A DNA stretch of 64,000 bases from Macrostomum lignano (taxonomy: Eukaryota): contig NIVC01003123.1 of assembly GCA_002269645.1 (NCBI GenBank), positions 1-64,000 on the forward strand. Reading direction: 5' to 3'. Below are positions 1 through 12,475 of the stretch, piece by piece. The stretch's first letter is position 1. Every line of letters begins with the position of its first letter. A model generated the notes under the pieces. The model was not told the origin of the DNA. It was given only the letters and a program-made list of their open reading frames with translations, and made no database searches. The position numbers were made by a program, and so were the translations under genes.

Positions 1-89
1 TTGTAGCTCTTGGCTTACAGCCTAGCTGGCATTGGAATGACATGTCTTCAAAAAGGAAGCCGAGTGTCACTCACTGTGGTGACGAAGCC

Positions 90-163
90 AAGGACCACTA
101 GAAGTTACCGTTGTGAGTTACAAAATCGGTCGTGAGTTACAACGGTAACTTCTAGTGGTCCTT
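90..163. repeat. Perfect 25-bp inverted repeat with a 24-nt loop (74-nt hairpin)
   Basis: AAGGACCACTAGAAGTTACCGTTGT (90-114) is the exact reverse complement of 139-163. Confidence 0.9.
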
Positions 164-736
164 AGAGCGAAGCAACAACCAAAGAGGCTTCCGGAACTGC
201 GTAACATGAAAAATCGACCTATAAAAAAACGACTATACTCTCGTATACGAACTAAGCAATAATTATCGATAGTATTTTAATATTAACAAAGCAATTTAAG
301 CAATCAAAACAGGTGCATGTATACATGTAGATCTAGAAGCGGGTAAACCATCTCGATGGTTGCTTTGAGATGAGATTGGAATCAGTGACCAAATTCGGCT
401 GGCCTTCTGTTAGCTAACCAAACCCGCGGGCCAATGTTACACACACCCACGCAAGCCCACATTTTCAGCTGAAGTGGCCGCCCGTCTCCCTTCGAATCAG
501 TTTAGGACTGTATCGACTGTTTGCCCACTGCGCCCATCCCCTCATAAGTCAACTGATCGCGTTAGATTGGCCCATGGCCCAGGCCCAAGATGCCATTTTA
601 TAATCGGCCCTCCGTGCCACGATTCTTCTCTCCCACTTACCTGCCCGAGCCTCAGTCAAGGTCAGAGCCGTCTAATAATTATTGCCTGTCAGGTTCTTTG
701 GAAATTCAATCAGCTCTCCGGTTTTAGGTCACCACC

Positions 737-907
737 GTAAGTTGTATTTTAACCTCTTCTGGGCCAGGGTCCAACTCTTACCTGCTGGTGCACCTTGCAA
801 TCTGGGTCAATCCAAACATGCACACCAGTCATTCGAGTCGTTTAGGACTTATGATTGTACGTGTATACAACATCTCACCTGTTTCCACCAACCCACAAAA
901 AATCCAG
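737..907 (+). other. Probable 5'UTR intron of the neuropeptide-like gene
   Basis: Donor CC|GTAAGT at 737 and acceptor AATCCAG| at 907, 18 nt before the ATG at 925. A TATA-like TTTTATAA lies near 597. Confidence 0.55.
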
Positions 908-924
908 AAGTGATTGCGCAAGTC

Positions 925-1380
925 ATGCACCCAGTCTCTGCCGTTGCCACATCGTCCGCCATCCTGACTGTCAGCTACCTGGCCCTGCTGATCTGCTCCG
1001 CTGTCGCTGGCATCACCGCTGATTCGACGATCGACGCCACTCGCCGATCCTGGGATGACGGGCCCGGCCTGTCGCTTCGGTCGGCGGACTTCGACATGAC
1101 TTCCGGCTATCCGGCCATCGGCAAACGCCAAGCCGCTGTCCGCTTTGCCCACTACTACGTCGACCACGACATCGACGAGGTTGGCATGAGTCCCGAAGCT
1201 GCCACGCCATCAGTGAGTCGTCGGGAATATCAACAACTTCGAAGCGCAGTGGTCCAGCTGGCCCAGCGTCTGCTAGATAATCCGCGGCGGCAGCGGCTGA
1301 TGCGACAGCGATATTTGTGGCAACCGACTGAGGCTCGGGTTGTCAACCTGCTGCTGTCGCGAGGCGGTAGGCGCACTTAA
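925..1380 (+). CDS. Secreted neuropeptide/prohormone-like precursor, 151 aa
   Basis: The true ATG at 925 lies inside ORF 682..1380. It has a hydrophobic signal-like N-terminus (MHPVSAVATSSAILTVSYLALLICSAVAG), dibasic sites RR/KR/RR/RR/RR, amidation signals ...GYPAI-G-KR and ...LSRG-G-RR, and GC-rich codons. Confidence 0.7.
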   Translation: MHPVSAVATSSAILTVSYLALLICSAVAGITADSTIDATRRSWDDGPGLSLRSADFDMTSGYPAIGKRQAAVRFAHYYVDHDIDEVGMSPEAATPSVSRREYQQLRSAVVQLAQRLLDNPRRQRLMRQRYLWQPTEARVVNLLLSRGGRRT

Positions 1381-2462
1381 GCCGGCCAACTGGGTCCAGG
1401 GGCATCTCGTCTGACTGGATGAAGAATTCATTTTATCACACTCACTTTGGGTCCGCTATTTTGCCGTCGGGCTTATTAATAGCTGGAAAGAAATCCTCAG
1501 CAAGTTTGCTACTGGCCATCCAGAGGATCCTAGCAGGTACCCATCACAAATAATGGCGGACAGGTACAAAATACTTTAGATTACGCTAGAAAAGATCAGG
1601 GTACTAAGGGTAGTTTTGCGAGTTGTTACAAAGCACATTGGCCGCCGATGACGAGAAGCAGACATCGCCGATTGTGCGTCTTTGTCTTGACAAACCTTCT
1701 TTGAAAATATACGTTCACAACTACAGCACGAATTACTTCAGTTCCGACTGACGCAGCTGTACTCAACCAAATGTGTTCGACACTTATTTTTACAATTGTT
1801 CTTCTGAAAGATAATTACAAAACGGAAATACTCCGCGAAACCCACAAACCCAAGGACATGCGCGCCGGCTGTCCGGAAATTCGTGAGAATGTGTCAATCG
1901 AGCAAGAAAGAAGCAAGCTGTTGACATGGTGCACAGATAATTTCAATATTAGACTCATACTAGCAATCAGCGCCCCCGTTGGGGAGCCAAAATGCAGTAC
2001 AAGTTTTTTAATAAACTACATGTAGCGTCTCTTTGCAATATACCTCAGCAGGCCCTTGTAAGCCTTGACATGTCAGCAATTCCCCCCACAAGCCTCGCAT
2101 GGGAAAAAACGCGAGCGTAAAAAAGTGCCCGGAAAATAGTGTGCTTTACCTCATATAGAGCATTTATATATATCCCATAGACAATTGGTTGAAAAATGAA
2201 GCTCACAACTTGACTAACTGCTTGGAATAGCGGGCAATATAAGGCTCACACCATGCTCTATGCGCTCAATAACCAACGCAACGCAGTGATCAAGATTGCA
2301 AATTTTGACAGGCATTTCTTCAAAATGGAAGACTTCTAGACTTATGCCAATGCTAGATACAGTCCTGGAATCTGCGTTATCAGTTGTCATGACGAGCTAC
2401 TCAAAGTTTTTAGAGTTGCGGCACCAGTCAGTCAACGGTTTACAGATGGTACTTAGAGTTCC

Positions 2463-2944
2463 GTGATGAAGCAGTTCCCCTGGCCTCAGCTCCTCGGAGC
2501 TCTTGTTGAAGAGGATTCAAAAGTTTATATCAGAGACCTCGTTGAATTTTTGGAATTTAGAAGAACAACAGTGCACAAAATTTTGACGGAGAATTTGCAC
2601 CTTCAAAAAGTTTCTGCTGTCTGGGTTCCGCACGCTCTCTCCGAGGAGAACAAGTTCGCAGGCTTTTTTACAACAAGGGCATGGAAAAAACTTTTTTGAC
2701 AAATAAGAGGTGGAAGATGAGACATGGGTGCACCTGAACGACACTGACACAAAGTAAAAAACAGGTGCTGGCTTAGCCAAGGGATCATCGACCACATTTA
2801 GCGACCACAAGGAAGTTCGAGAAGCTGCGTTGCAGTGGGCAAGAGGGCCTTGACGAAGATTGCTTGAAAAGAGAGGTTCAGCGACTCGTTGACCATTGCC
2901 AAGCTGTAATCAACACAAGGGGCGGAGATCACATTACCAACTAG
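2463..2944 (+). mobile_element. Degenerate, internally deleted mariner transposase remnant
   Basis: An HTH plus the mariner WVPHxL motif (IRDLVEFLEFRRTTVHKILTENLHLQKVSAVWVPHAL). After a short gap comes a frameshifted C-terminus (FSDHKEVREAALQW...EVQRLVDHCQAVINTRGGDHITN*). The catalytic DDD core is absent. Confidence 0.75.
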
Positions 2945-3935
2945 TGCTGTTTTCGTGTTTTCCGACAGTTCTGACTGCTTTTTTAAGATACATTCTCACG
3001 ACTTTCCGGACAGCCGGAGTAATAACAAGTTGCCTTGCAGTACTCAGTCTTCAAAGTAGTACTGAGAGCGTTTTAGCTGCAATAGGCCATCAATTTCAAC
3101 TGTCACTATCCAAGGATCGCTAGACGTCCTGGGTGCGTAAGGACGTAGCATTCGCGTTGCTCACAAATACAATAACGAGAGAGAAAACCTACATTTTAAA
3201 GCACTTAATGGACAATTTTTATGCTATTACCCTTCTGAAATGCTATTACGGCGATCACATGAAGCTAGCGCATACAGTACATGTATGAGTCTGGTCCAAG
3301 GTGGCTTCATCAGTTTAGCGACTAAAAAATCAAGAGAAATGCTACTGGAGACTGTCAAACGCACTGAAACGCCTGGAGACTGTCTTTTTTCAAGATAGAT
3401 TTTTCATGTCTGCGGTAAAACTCAAATTTTGATGCCATGCATTCGACAAAAGTTCTATAAAGAACATTCAGTACTTTCACTTTACCAGCTTCCAGACGAT
3501 GTTTTTATAAACTACTCGTAATTCAATTCAACATATTTTAACTGAAATTCAACCTTCAACCTGCAGGTGCAGCGGTAACTTTCATTGGCCCTTGTCGCTG
3601 GCACCGATGCTATTGAAATCATGGTTCACTTTGACACACTTTGTGTATAAAAAGTACGCAATCTGTGTGCTTGAAAGTGCGACAGGTGATTTTTTTGCAA
3701 TAAATTTTCAATCAGAAAGAGTAAAAGTGAACGGCATTTGCTATCAGCTAGGAACAGACCCAAGACCCTGGACGCGACTTGATCAAATCACTGAGCAGCT
3801 GCCAAATAAGAAATGAAATGTGAAATCTCTTATTTCAGCCCCAGGCAGACTTTCGGCTCTGCTCTATTAATCCCGTCAAGATGAGCTGAGCTGGGACTGT
3901 TACCTGCACTCTTATTCCTATTTTCAGGCTTATTC

Positions 3936-6735
3936 CTGTCTCATAGCTTAGTAATGATGAGGCTTAGCTGTCTCATAGCTTAGTCATGATGAGGCTTAGC
4001 TGTCTCATAGCTTAGTAATGATGAGGCTTAGCTGTCTCATAGCTTAGTCATGATGAGGCTTAGCTGTCTCATAGCTTAGTAATGATGAGAATTAGCTGTC
4101 TCATAGCTTAGTAATGATGAGGCTTAGCTGTCTCATAGCTTAGTAATGATGAGGCTTAGCTGTCTCATAGCTTAGTCATGATGAGGCTTAGCTGTCTCAT
4201 AGCTTAGTAATGATGAGAATTAGCTGTCTCATAGCTTAGTAATGATGAGGCTTAGCTGTCTCATAGCTTAGTAATGATGAGGCTTAGCTGTCTCATAGCT
4301 TAGTAATGATGATAATGATGAGGCTTAGCTGTCTCATAGCTTAGTAATGATGATAATGAGCTTAGCTGTCTCATAGCTTAGTAATGATGAGGCTTAGCTG
4401 TCTCATAGCTTAGTAATGATGAGGCTTAGCTGTCTCATAGCTTAGTAATGATGAGGCTTAGCTGTCTCATAGCTTAGTAATGATGAGGCTTAGCTGTCTC
4501 ATAGCTTAGTAATGATGAGGCTTAGCTGTCTCATAGCTTAGTCAATGATGAGAATTAGCTGTCTCATAGCTTAGTAATGATGAGAATTAGCTGTCTCATA
4601 GCTTAGTAATGATGAGGCTTAGCTGTCTCATAGCTTAGTCATGATGAGAATTAGCTGTCTCATAGCTTAGTAATGATGAGAATTAGCTGTCTCATAGCTT
4701 AGTCATGATGAGAATTAGCTGTCTCATAGCTTAGTAATGATGAGGCTTAGCTGTCTCATAGCTTAGTAATGATGAGAATTAGCTGTCTCATAGCTTAGTA
4801 ATGATGAGCTTAGCTGTCTCATAGCTTAGTAATGATGAGAATTAGCTGTCTCATAGCTTAGTAATGATGAGAATTAGCTGTCTCATAGCTTAGTAATGAT
4901 GAGGCTTAGCTGTCTCATAGCTTAGTAATGATGAGAATTAGCTGTCTCATAGCTTAGTAATGATGAGAATTAGCTGTCTCATAGCTTAGTAATGATGAGA
5001 ATTAGCTGTCTCATAGCTTAGTAATGATGAGATTAGCTGTCTCATAGCTTAGTAATGATGAGGCTTAGCTGTCTCATAGCTTAGTAATGATGAGAATTAG
5101 CTGTCTCATAGCTTAGTAATGATGAGGCTTGCTGTCTCATAGCTTAGTAATGATGAGGCTTGGCTGTCTCATAGCTTAGTAATGATGAGGCTTGCTGTCT
5201 CATAGCTTAGTAATGATGAGCTTAGCTGTCTCATAGCTTAGTAATGATGAGAATTAGCTGTCTCATAGCTTAGTAATGATGAGAATTAGCTGTCTCATAG
5301 CTTAGTAATGATGAGAATTAGCTGTCTCATAGCTTAGTAATGATGAGAATTAGCTGTCTCATAGCTTAGTAATGATGAGAATTAGCTGTCTCATAGCTTA
5401 GTAATGATGAGGCTTGGCTGTCTCATAGCTTAGTAATGATGAGAATTAGCTGTCTCATAGCAATTAGTAATGATGAGAATTAGCTGTCTCATAGCTTAGT
5501 AATGATGAGAATTAGCTGTCTCATAGCTTAGTAATGATGAGAATTAGCTGTCTCATAGCTTAGTAATGATGAGAATTAGCTGTCTCATAGCTTAGTAATG
5601 ATGAGACGTAGCTGTCTCATAGCTTAGTAATGACGAGGCTTAGCTGTCTCATAGCTTAGTAATGATGAGGCTTGGCTGTCTCATAGCTTAGTAATGATGA
5701 GGCTTGGCTGTCTCATAGCTTAGTAATGATGAGAATTAGCTGTCTCATAGCTTAGTAATGATGAGGCTTAGCTGTCTCATAGCTTAGTAATGATGAGAAT
5801 TAGCTGTCTCATAGCTTAGTAATGATGAGAATTAGCTGTCTCATAGCTTAGTAATGATGATAATGATGAGGCTTAGCTGTCTCATAGCTTAGTAATGATG
5901 ATAATGATGCTTAGCTGTCTCATAGCTTAGTAATGATGAGGCTTAGCTGTCTCATAGCTTAGTAATGATGAGGCTTGGCTGTCTCATAGCTTAGTAATGA
6001 TGAGAATTAGCTGTCTCATAGCTTAGTAATGATGAGAATTAGCTGTCTCATAGCTTAGTAATGATGAGACGTAGCTGTCTCATAGCTTAGTAATGACGAG
6101 GCTTAGCTGTCTCATAGCTTAGTAATGATGAGGCTTGGCTGTCTCATAGCTTAGTAATGATGAGGCTTGGCTGTCTCATAGCTTAGTAATGATGAGAATT
6201 AGCTGTCTCATAGCTTAGTAATGACGAGGCTTAGCTGTCTCATAGCTTAGTAATGATGAGAATTAGCTGTCTCATAGCTTAGTCATGATGAGAATTAGCT
6301 GTCTCATAGCTTAGTAATGATGAGAATTAGCTGTCTCATAGCTTAGTAATGATGAGAATTAGCTGTCTCATAGCTTAGTAATGATGAGGCTTAGCTGTCT
6401 CATAGCTTAGTAATGATGAGGCTTAGCTGTCTCATAGCTTAGTAATGATGAGGCTTAGCTGTCTCATAGCTTAGTAATGATGAGAATTAGCTGTCTCATA
6501 GCTTAGTAATGATGAGAATTAGCTGTCTCATAGCTTAGTAATGATGAGAATTAGCTGTCTCATAGCTTAGTAATGATGAGAATTAGCTGTCTCATAGCTT
6601 AGTAATGATGAGAATTAGCTGTCTCATAGCTTAGTAATGATGAGAATTAGCTGTCTCATAGCTTAGTAATGATGAGAATTAGCTGTCTCATAGCTTAGTA
6701 ATGATGAGAATTAGCTGTCTCATGGCAATTAGTAA
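3936..6735. repeat. 32-bp minisatellite, about 87 copies (CTGTCTCATAGCTTAGTAATGATGAGGCTTAG / ...GAGAATTAG)
   Basis: Direct periodicity is visible, e.g. GGCTTAGC at 3961 and 3993. Confidence 0.97.
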
Positions 6736-7289
6736 GTGTTTCGGGCCCTGGACACTCAGATTTTGAAGTGTGAGGAGAAACCGGTCAAATTATGGTCACA
6801 AGTTTCTAGCAAGCGCAGATGTCTAAGGATAATCTGCTACACAGTTTTTGGTAATTGGTCCAATTACGTTTCCTTTGACTGCTCATAATTCGATGCCTCT
6901 GTGTCCGCAACAGGCTTATCTTTACGTGTCCGTGCATCTTTTTATTTTCCACACTGCTTTACAGGAAAATTCCAGTTGAGTTTAAAGCAGTCTGAGTCCA
7001 TTTTTGTTGAAAATCACTCTAATATTATTGGCCACTTACTCTGGCCAATCAGCAATCTTCCGTGAAGTTACCTGAAGATTTAAGATCACTCCAAAGCACT
7101 GAATAAGACAGCGTGTGTGTGTGGACGACTTTAAAATTGATTTTCTAATGTCAGTCAAAAGCCTAATCAACACAGTGAAGGTAGGCTGCATTGCTTCATT
7201 TAAATTTGTATTTGTATTGAGTACTCTACTTTTGGCATCCAGCTAATTACTCAAGCCATTCTTATATACAATCATTATGTCACCATTCT

Positions 7290-7748
7290 ACTCAATGTCA
7301 GCCATCAATCCACTCATTCTCAGACATATCAATCTACTCATTCTCAGGCATCAATCTACTCATTCTCAGACATCAATCTACTCATTCTCAGGCATCAATC
7401 TGCTCATTCTCAGACATATCAATCTACTCATTCTCAGGCATCAATCTACTCATTCTCAGACATCAATCTACTCATTCTCAGGCATCAATCTGCTCATTCT
7501 CAGACATATCAATCTACTCATTCACAGGCATCTATCTACTCATTCTCAGGCATCAATCTACTCATTCTCAGACATCAATCTACTCATTCTCGGAAATCAA
7601 TCTACTCATTCTCGGAAATCAATCTACTCATTCTCAGTCATTAATCTACTCATTCTCAGACATCAATCTACTCATTCTCGGAAATCAATCTACTCATTCT
7701 CGGAAATCAATCTACTCATTCTCAGTCATTAATCTACTCATTCTCAGA
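7290..7748. repeat. ~21-bp minisatellite (ATCAATCTACTCATTCTCAGAC-like) directly upstream of GPCR exon 1
   Basis: Visible tandem units; these generate the spurious ORF 7277..7732. Confidence 0.9.
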
Positions 7749-7810
7749 CATTCCACCCCTCTTCCTCCGGTCCCCGCCAGCCTGATGGCAACCTCAGCCA
7801 GCACCAGCTG

Positions 7811-8105
7811 ATGCAGCTGCTGCACCAGAAGCTGTTCGGCCCACGGCAGCTCAGCAGCTCAGATATTTTTCTACTAGCTGTGTACTCGGCCATCGTCCTG
7901 TTGTCGGTCGGTGGCAACGGCCTGTTCCTGTTTCTGAGCTTCAAATATAGCGGCCTTCGACGCCACACCTCCTACATCATGATGAGTCTTGCTTGCTCAA
8001 ACCTGCTCGTTGCCTGCACCTGCCTGCCAGTGTCAGCCGTGAAAGTTTTTTATAACACCTGGAAACTAGGCGGCACTGCCTGTCGATTAGTCAGTTTCAT
8101 TGAAG
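7811..8105 (+). CDS. Class A peptide-type GPCR, coding exon 1 (TM1-TM3 start); N-terminus may extend to about 7748
   Basis: TM1 with the GN motif, TM2 LACSN, ECL1 WKLGGTAC, and a phase-1 donor GAAG|GTGAAT at 8106. The frame is open upstream to about 7733 and includes an NLS sequon. Confidence 0.85.
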
Positions 8106-8194
8106 GTGAATACTGTTTTAACCTCCAGGTTTGGACCATATTGACCTTAAGCTAAAGGATTACTGACCTAAGCCATGAAAAAGCCCTAATAAAC

Positions 8195-8885
8195 TTGAGT
8201 TTTAGTGTCATAGTGACCTTGAGTTTTTTGGCCACAATGACCTTGAGTTTTGATTCCAAAATCACCTTGCATTTTTGGGCCAAAATGACCTTAAGTATTG
8301 GGGCCAAAATGACTTTGAGTTTTGGGGCCAAAATGGCCTTGAGTTTTATGGGCAAAAAGACCTTGAGTTTTGGTTCCAAAATGACCTTATTGATTTATGG
8401 GGCCAAAATGACAATGAGAATTGGGCCAAACTGACCTTGAGTTTCGGGGCCAAACTGACCTTGAGTGTTGGGGCCAAAATGACCTTGATTTATGGGGCCA
8501 AACTGACCTTGAGTGTTGGGGCCAAAATGACCTTATTGATTTATGGGGCCAAAATGACCATGAGAATTGGGGCCAAACTGACCTTGAGTTTCGGGGCCAA
8601 ACTGACCTTGAGTGTTGGGGCCAAAATGACCTTATTGATTTATGGGGCCAAAATGACCATGAGAATTGGGGCCAAACTGACCTTGAGTTTCGTGGCCAAA
8701 CTGACCTTGAGTATTGGGGCCAAACTGACCTTGAGTGTTGGGGCCAAAATGACCTTGATTTATGGGGCCAAACTGACCTTGAGTTTCGGGGCCAAACTGA
8801 CCTTGAATGTTGGGGCCAAACTGACCTTGAGTTTCGGGGCCAAAATTATTCTAAGTCTTTTGGCTCTAATAGCCTTGAGATTTAG
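8195..8885. repeat. ~24-bp degenerate minisatellite (GGGGCCAAACTGACCTTGAGTGTT) in the GPCR intron
   Basis: Visible tandem units with variants. Confidence 0.9.
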
Positions 8886-9509
8886 GGTCATAGTGACCAC
8901 TGAGCTACAATCACGGGAACATAGTGGCCTAGAGTCCTGAGAACATTATGATTTGATAGAAGGGTGAGTAAGACGAGGTTAACTTGCAAGATGTCGGTAT
9001 TGACGCATGCGGTAGAGCTGGTGCAAGGAAATGAATGGCTGAATAATGAATGGACCAGACATACAGAAATTATGGCAACTTGTAGGACAAAAAACTTTAT
9101 AATATAGGGGTGTTGAGTCAAAGGGCAGAAAGAGAGGGATAGAGCGATCTGGCATATTGAATTCTCAGTGAGCAGGTGAGAGCTCAACCAGTAGTAGCAG
9201 CAACATCCCACGCGCTAAAACACTCTTAATTAGCGCTTTTCAATCAGCAATTTGCTTTGTTCTGAGCTGCAGAATGCTCTCGTAAAAATTCGAAAATCCC
9301 TTCTGTAGTAGCAGTCCGAACTAATAACTGGGGTTCGAGAGCGCGGCCTCGGGTCATTTTGAAGAAGCTAGTAGTCCTTACTGAGCTTCTTTGTAAAGAT
9401 TTACACGACTGGCGTCATTTCCATGAAAGTCACGTGCTTTGTTAATTGTCAGTTCTAGCAATAAAATACACAGTGTTAACCCATTTTTAAATGACCCCTT
9501 CTCTGCTGA

Positions 9510-9536
9510 CAGTGTGCGTGATTCTGCATCCTGACA

Positions 9537-9588
<52 letters not shown>

Positions 9589-9722
9589 GTGTTTGTGTGT
9601 TTGTGTGTGTGTGTGTGTGTGTGTTTGTGTGATTCTGCATCCTGACACAGTGTGTGCTTGTGTGATTCTGCATCCTGACACAGTGTGTGCTTGTGTGATT
9701 CTGCATCCTGACACAGTGTGTG

Positions 9723-9765
<43 letters not shown>

Positions 9766-10223
9766 TTGTGTGATTCTGCATCCTGACACAGTGTGTGTTT
9801 GTGTGATTCTGCATCCTGACACAGTGTGTGCTTGTGTGATTCTGCATCCTGACACAGTGTGTGCTTGTGTGATTCTGCATCCTGACACAGTGTGTGCTTG
9901 TGTGATTCTGCATCCTGACACAGTGTGTGCTTGTGTGATTCTGCATCCTGACACAGTGTGTGCTTGTGTGATTCTGCATCCTGACACAGTGTGTGTGTGA
10001 TTCTGCATCCTGACACAGTGTGTGTTTGTGTGTGCGATTCTGCATCCTGACACAGTGTGTGTTTGTGTGATTCTGCATCCTGACACAGTGTGTATGTGTG
10101 TGTGTGTGTGTGTGTGATTCTGCATCCTGACACAGTGTGTGTGTGATTCTACATCCTGACACAGTGTGTGTTTGTGTGATTCTGCATCCTGACACAGTGT
10201 GTGTGTAATTCTACATCCTGACA

Positions 10224-10254
<31 letters not shown>

Positions 10255-10920
10255 ATTCTGCATCCTGACACAGTGTGTGTGTGATTCTACATCCTGACAC
10301 AGTGTGTGTGTGTGTGTGTGTGTGTGATTCTGCATCCTGACACAGTGTGTGTGTAATTCTACATCCTGACACAGTGTGTGTGTGATTCTACATCCTGACA
10401 CTGTGTGTGTGTGTGTGATTCTGCATCCTGACACAGTGTGTGTGTGATTCTACATCCTGACACAGTGTGTTTGTGTGATTCTGCATCCTGACAGTGTGTG
10501 TGTGTGATTCTACATCCTGACACAGTGTGTGTGTGATTCTACATCCTGACACAGTGTGTGTGTGATTCTACATCCTGACACAGTGTGTTTGTGTGATTCT
10601 GCATCCTGACAGTGTGTGTGTGATTCTACATCCTGACACAGTGTGTGTGTGTGTGTGTGTGTGTGTGATTCTACATCCTGACACAGTGTGTGTGTGTGTG
10701 TGTGTGATTCTGCATCCTGACACAGTGTGTGTGTGTGTGATTCTACATCCTGACACAGTGTGTGTGTGTGTGTGTGTGTGTGATTCTGCATCCTGACACT
10801 GTGTGTGTGATTCTGCATCCTGACACAGTGTGTGTTTGTGTGATTCTGCATCCTGACACAGTGTGTGTTTGTGTGATTCTGCATCCTGACACAGTGTGTG
10901 TGTGATTCTGCATCCTGACA

Positions 10921-10951
<31 letters not shown>

Positions 10952-11398
10952 ATTCTGCATCCTGACACAGTGTGTGTGTGTGATTCTACATCCTGACACA
11001 GTGTGTGTGTGTGTGTGCGTGTGTGATTCTGCATCCTGACACTGTGTGTGTGATTCTGCATCCTGACACAGTGTGTGTGTGTGATTCTACATCCTGACAC
11101 AGTGTGTGTGTGTGTGTGTGTGTGATTCTGCATCCTGACACTGTGTGTGTGATTCTGCATCCTGACACAGTGTGTGCTTGTGTGATTCTGCATCCTGACA
11201 CAGTGTGTGTTTGTGTGATTCTGCATCCTGACACAGTGTGTGTTTGTGTGATTCTGCATCCTGACACAGTGTGTGCTTGTGTGATTCTGCATCCTGACAC
11301 AGTGTGTGTGTGATTCTGCATCCTGACACAGTGTGTGTTTGTGTGTGTGATTCTGCATCCTGACACAGTGTGTGTTTGTGTGATTCTGCATCCTGACA

Positions 11399-11440
<42 letters not shown>

Positions 11441-11943
11441 TTCTGCATCCTGACACAGTGTGTGTGATTCTACATCCTGACACAGTGTGTGATTCTACAT
11501 CCTGACACTGTGTGTGTGTGTGTGTGATTCTGCATCCTGACACAGTGTGTGTGTGATTCTACATCCTGACACAGTGTGTGTTTGTGTGATTCTGCATCCT
11601 GACAGTGTGTGTGTGATTCTACATCCTGACACAGTGTGTGTGTGATTCTACATCCTGACACAGTGTGTGTGTGATTCTACATCCTGACACAGTGTGTGTG
11701 TGTGTGATTCTGCATCCTGACACAGTGTGTGTGTGATTCTACATCCTGACACAGTGTGTGTTTGTGTGATTCTGCATCCTGACACAGTGTGTGCGTGATT
11801 CTACATCCTGACACTGTGTGTGTGTGTGTGTGTGTGATTCTGCATCCTGACACAGTGTGTGTGTGTGATTCTACATCCTGACACAGTGTGTGTTTGTGTG
11901 ATTCTGCATCCTGACAGTGTGTGTGTGATTCTACATCCTGACA

Positions 11944-11993
<50 letters not shown>

Positions 11994-12124
11994 TTCTGCA
12001 TCCTGACACAGTGTGTGTGTGATTCTACATCCTGACACAGTGTGTGTGTGATTCTACATCCTGACACAGTGTGTTTGTGTGATTCTGCATCCTGACAGTG
12101 TGTGTGTGATTCTACATCCTGACA

Positions 12125-12158
<34 letters not shown>

Positions 12159-12475
12159 TTCTACATCCTGACACAGTGTGTGTGTGTGTGTGATTCTGCA
12201 TCCTGACACAGTGTGTGTGTGTGATTCTACATCCTGACACAGTGTGTGTGATTCTGCATCCTGACACAGTGTGTGTGTGTGATTCTACATCCTGACACTG
12301 TGTGTGTGATTCTGCATCCTGACACAGTGTGTGTGATTCTGCATCCTGACAAAGTGTGTGTGTGTGTGTGTGTGTGTGATTCTGCATCCTGACACAGTGT
12401 GAATCTCGGTTGGGATTCTGCACCCTGACTTTTTGGGATTCTGCACCCTGACTGTACAGGATTCTGCATCTTGAC
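9510..12475. repeat. Compound array: conserved core GATTCT(G/A)CATCCTGACACA separated by variable-length (GT)n
   Basis: About 3 kb of a constant core alternating with (GT)n tracts of variable length. Confidence 0.95.

Noticed and set aside
682-924. 81-aa N-terminal extension of the 232-aa ORF
   Set aside because: It starts at a non-ATG codon and spans a likely GT-AG intron (737-907). The signal-like sequence begins at ATG 925.
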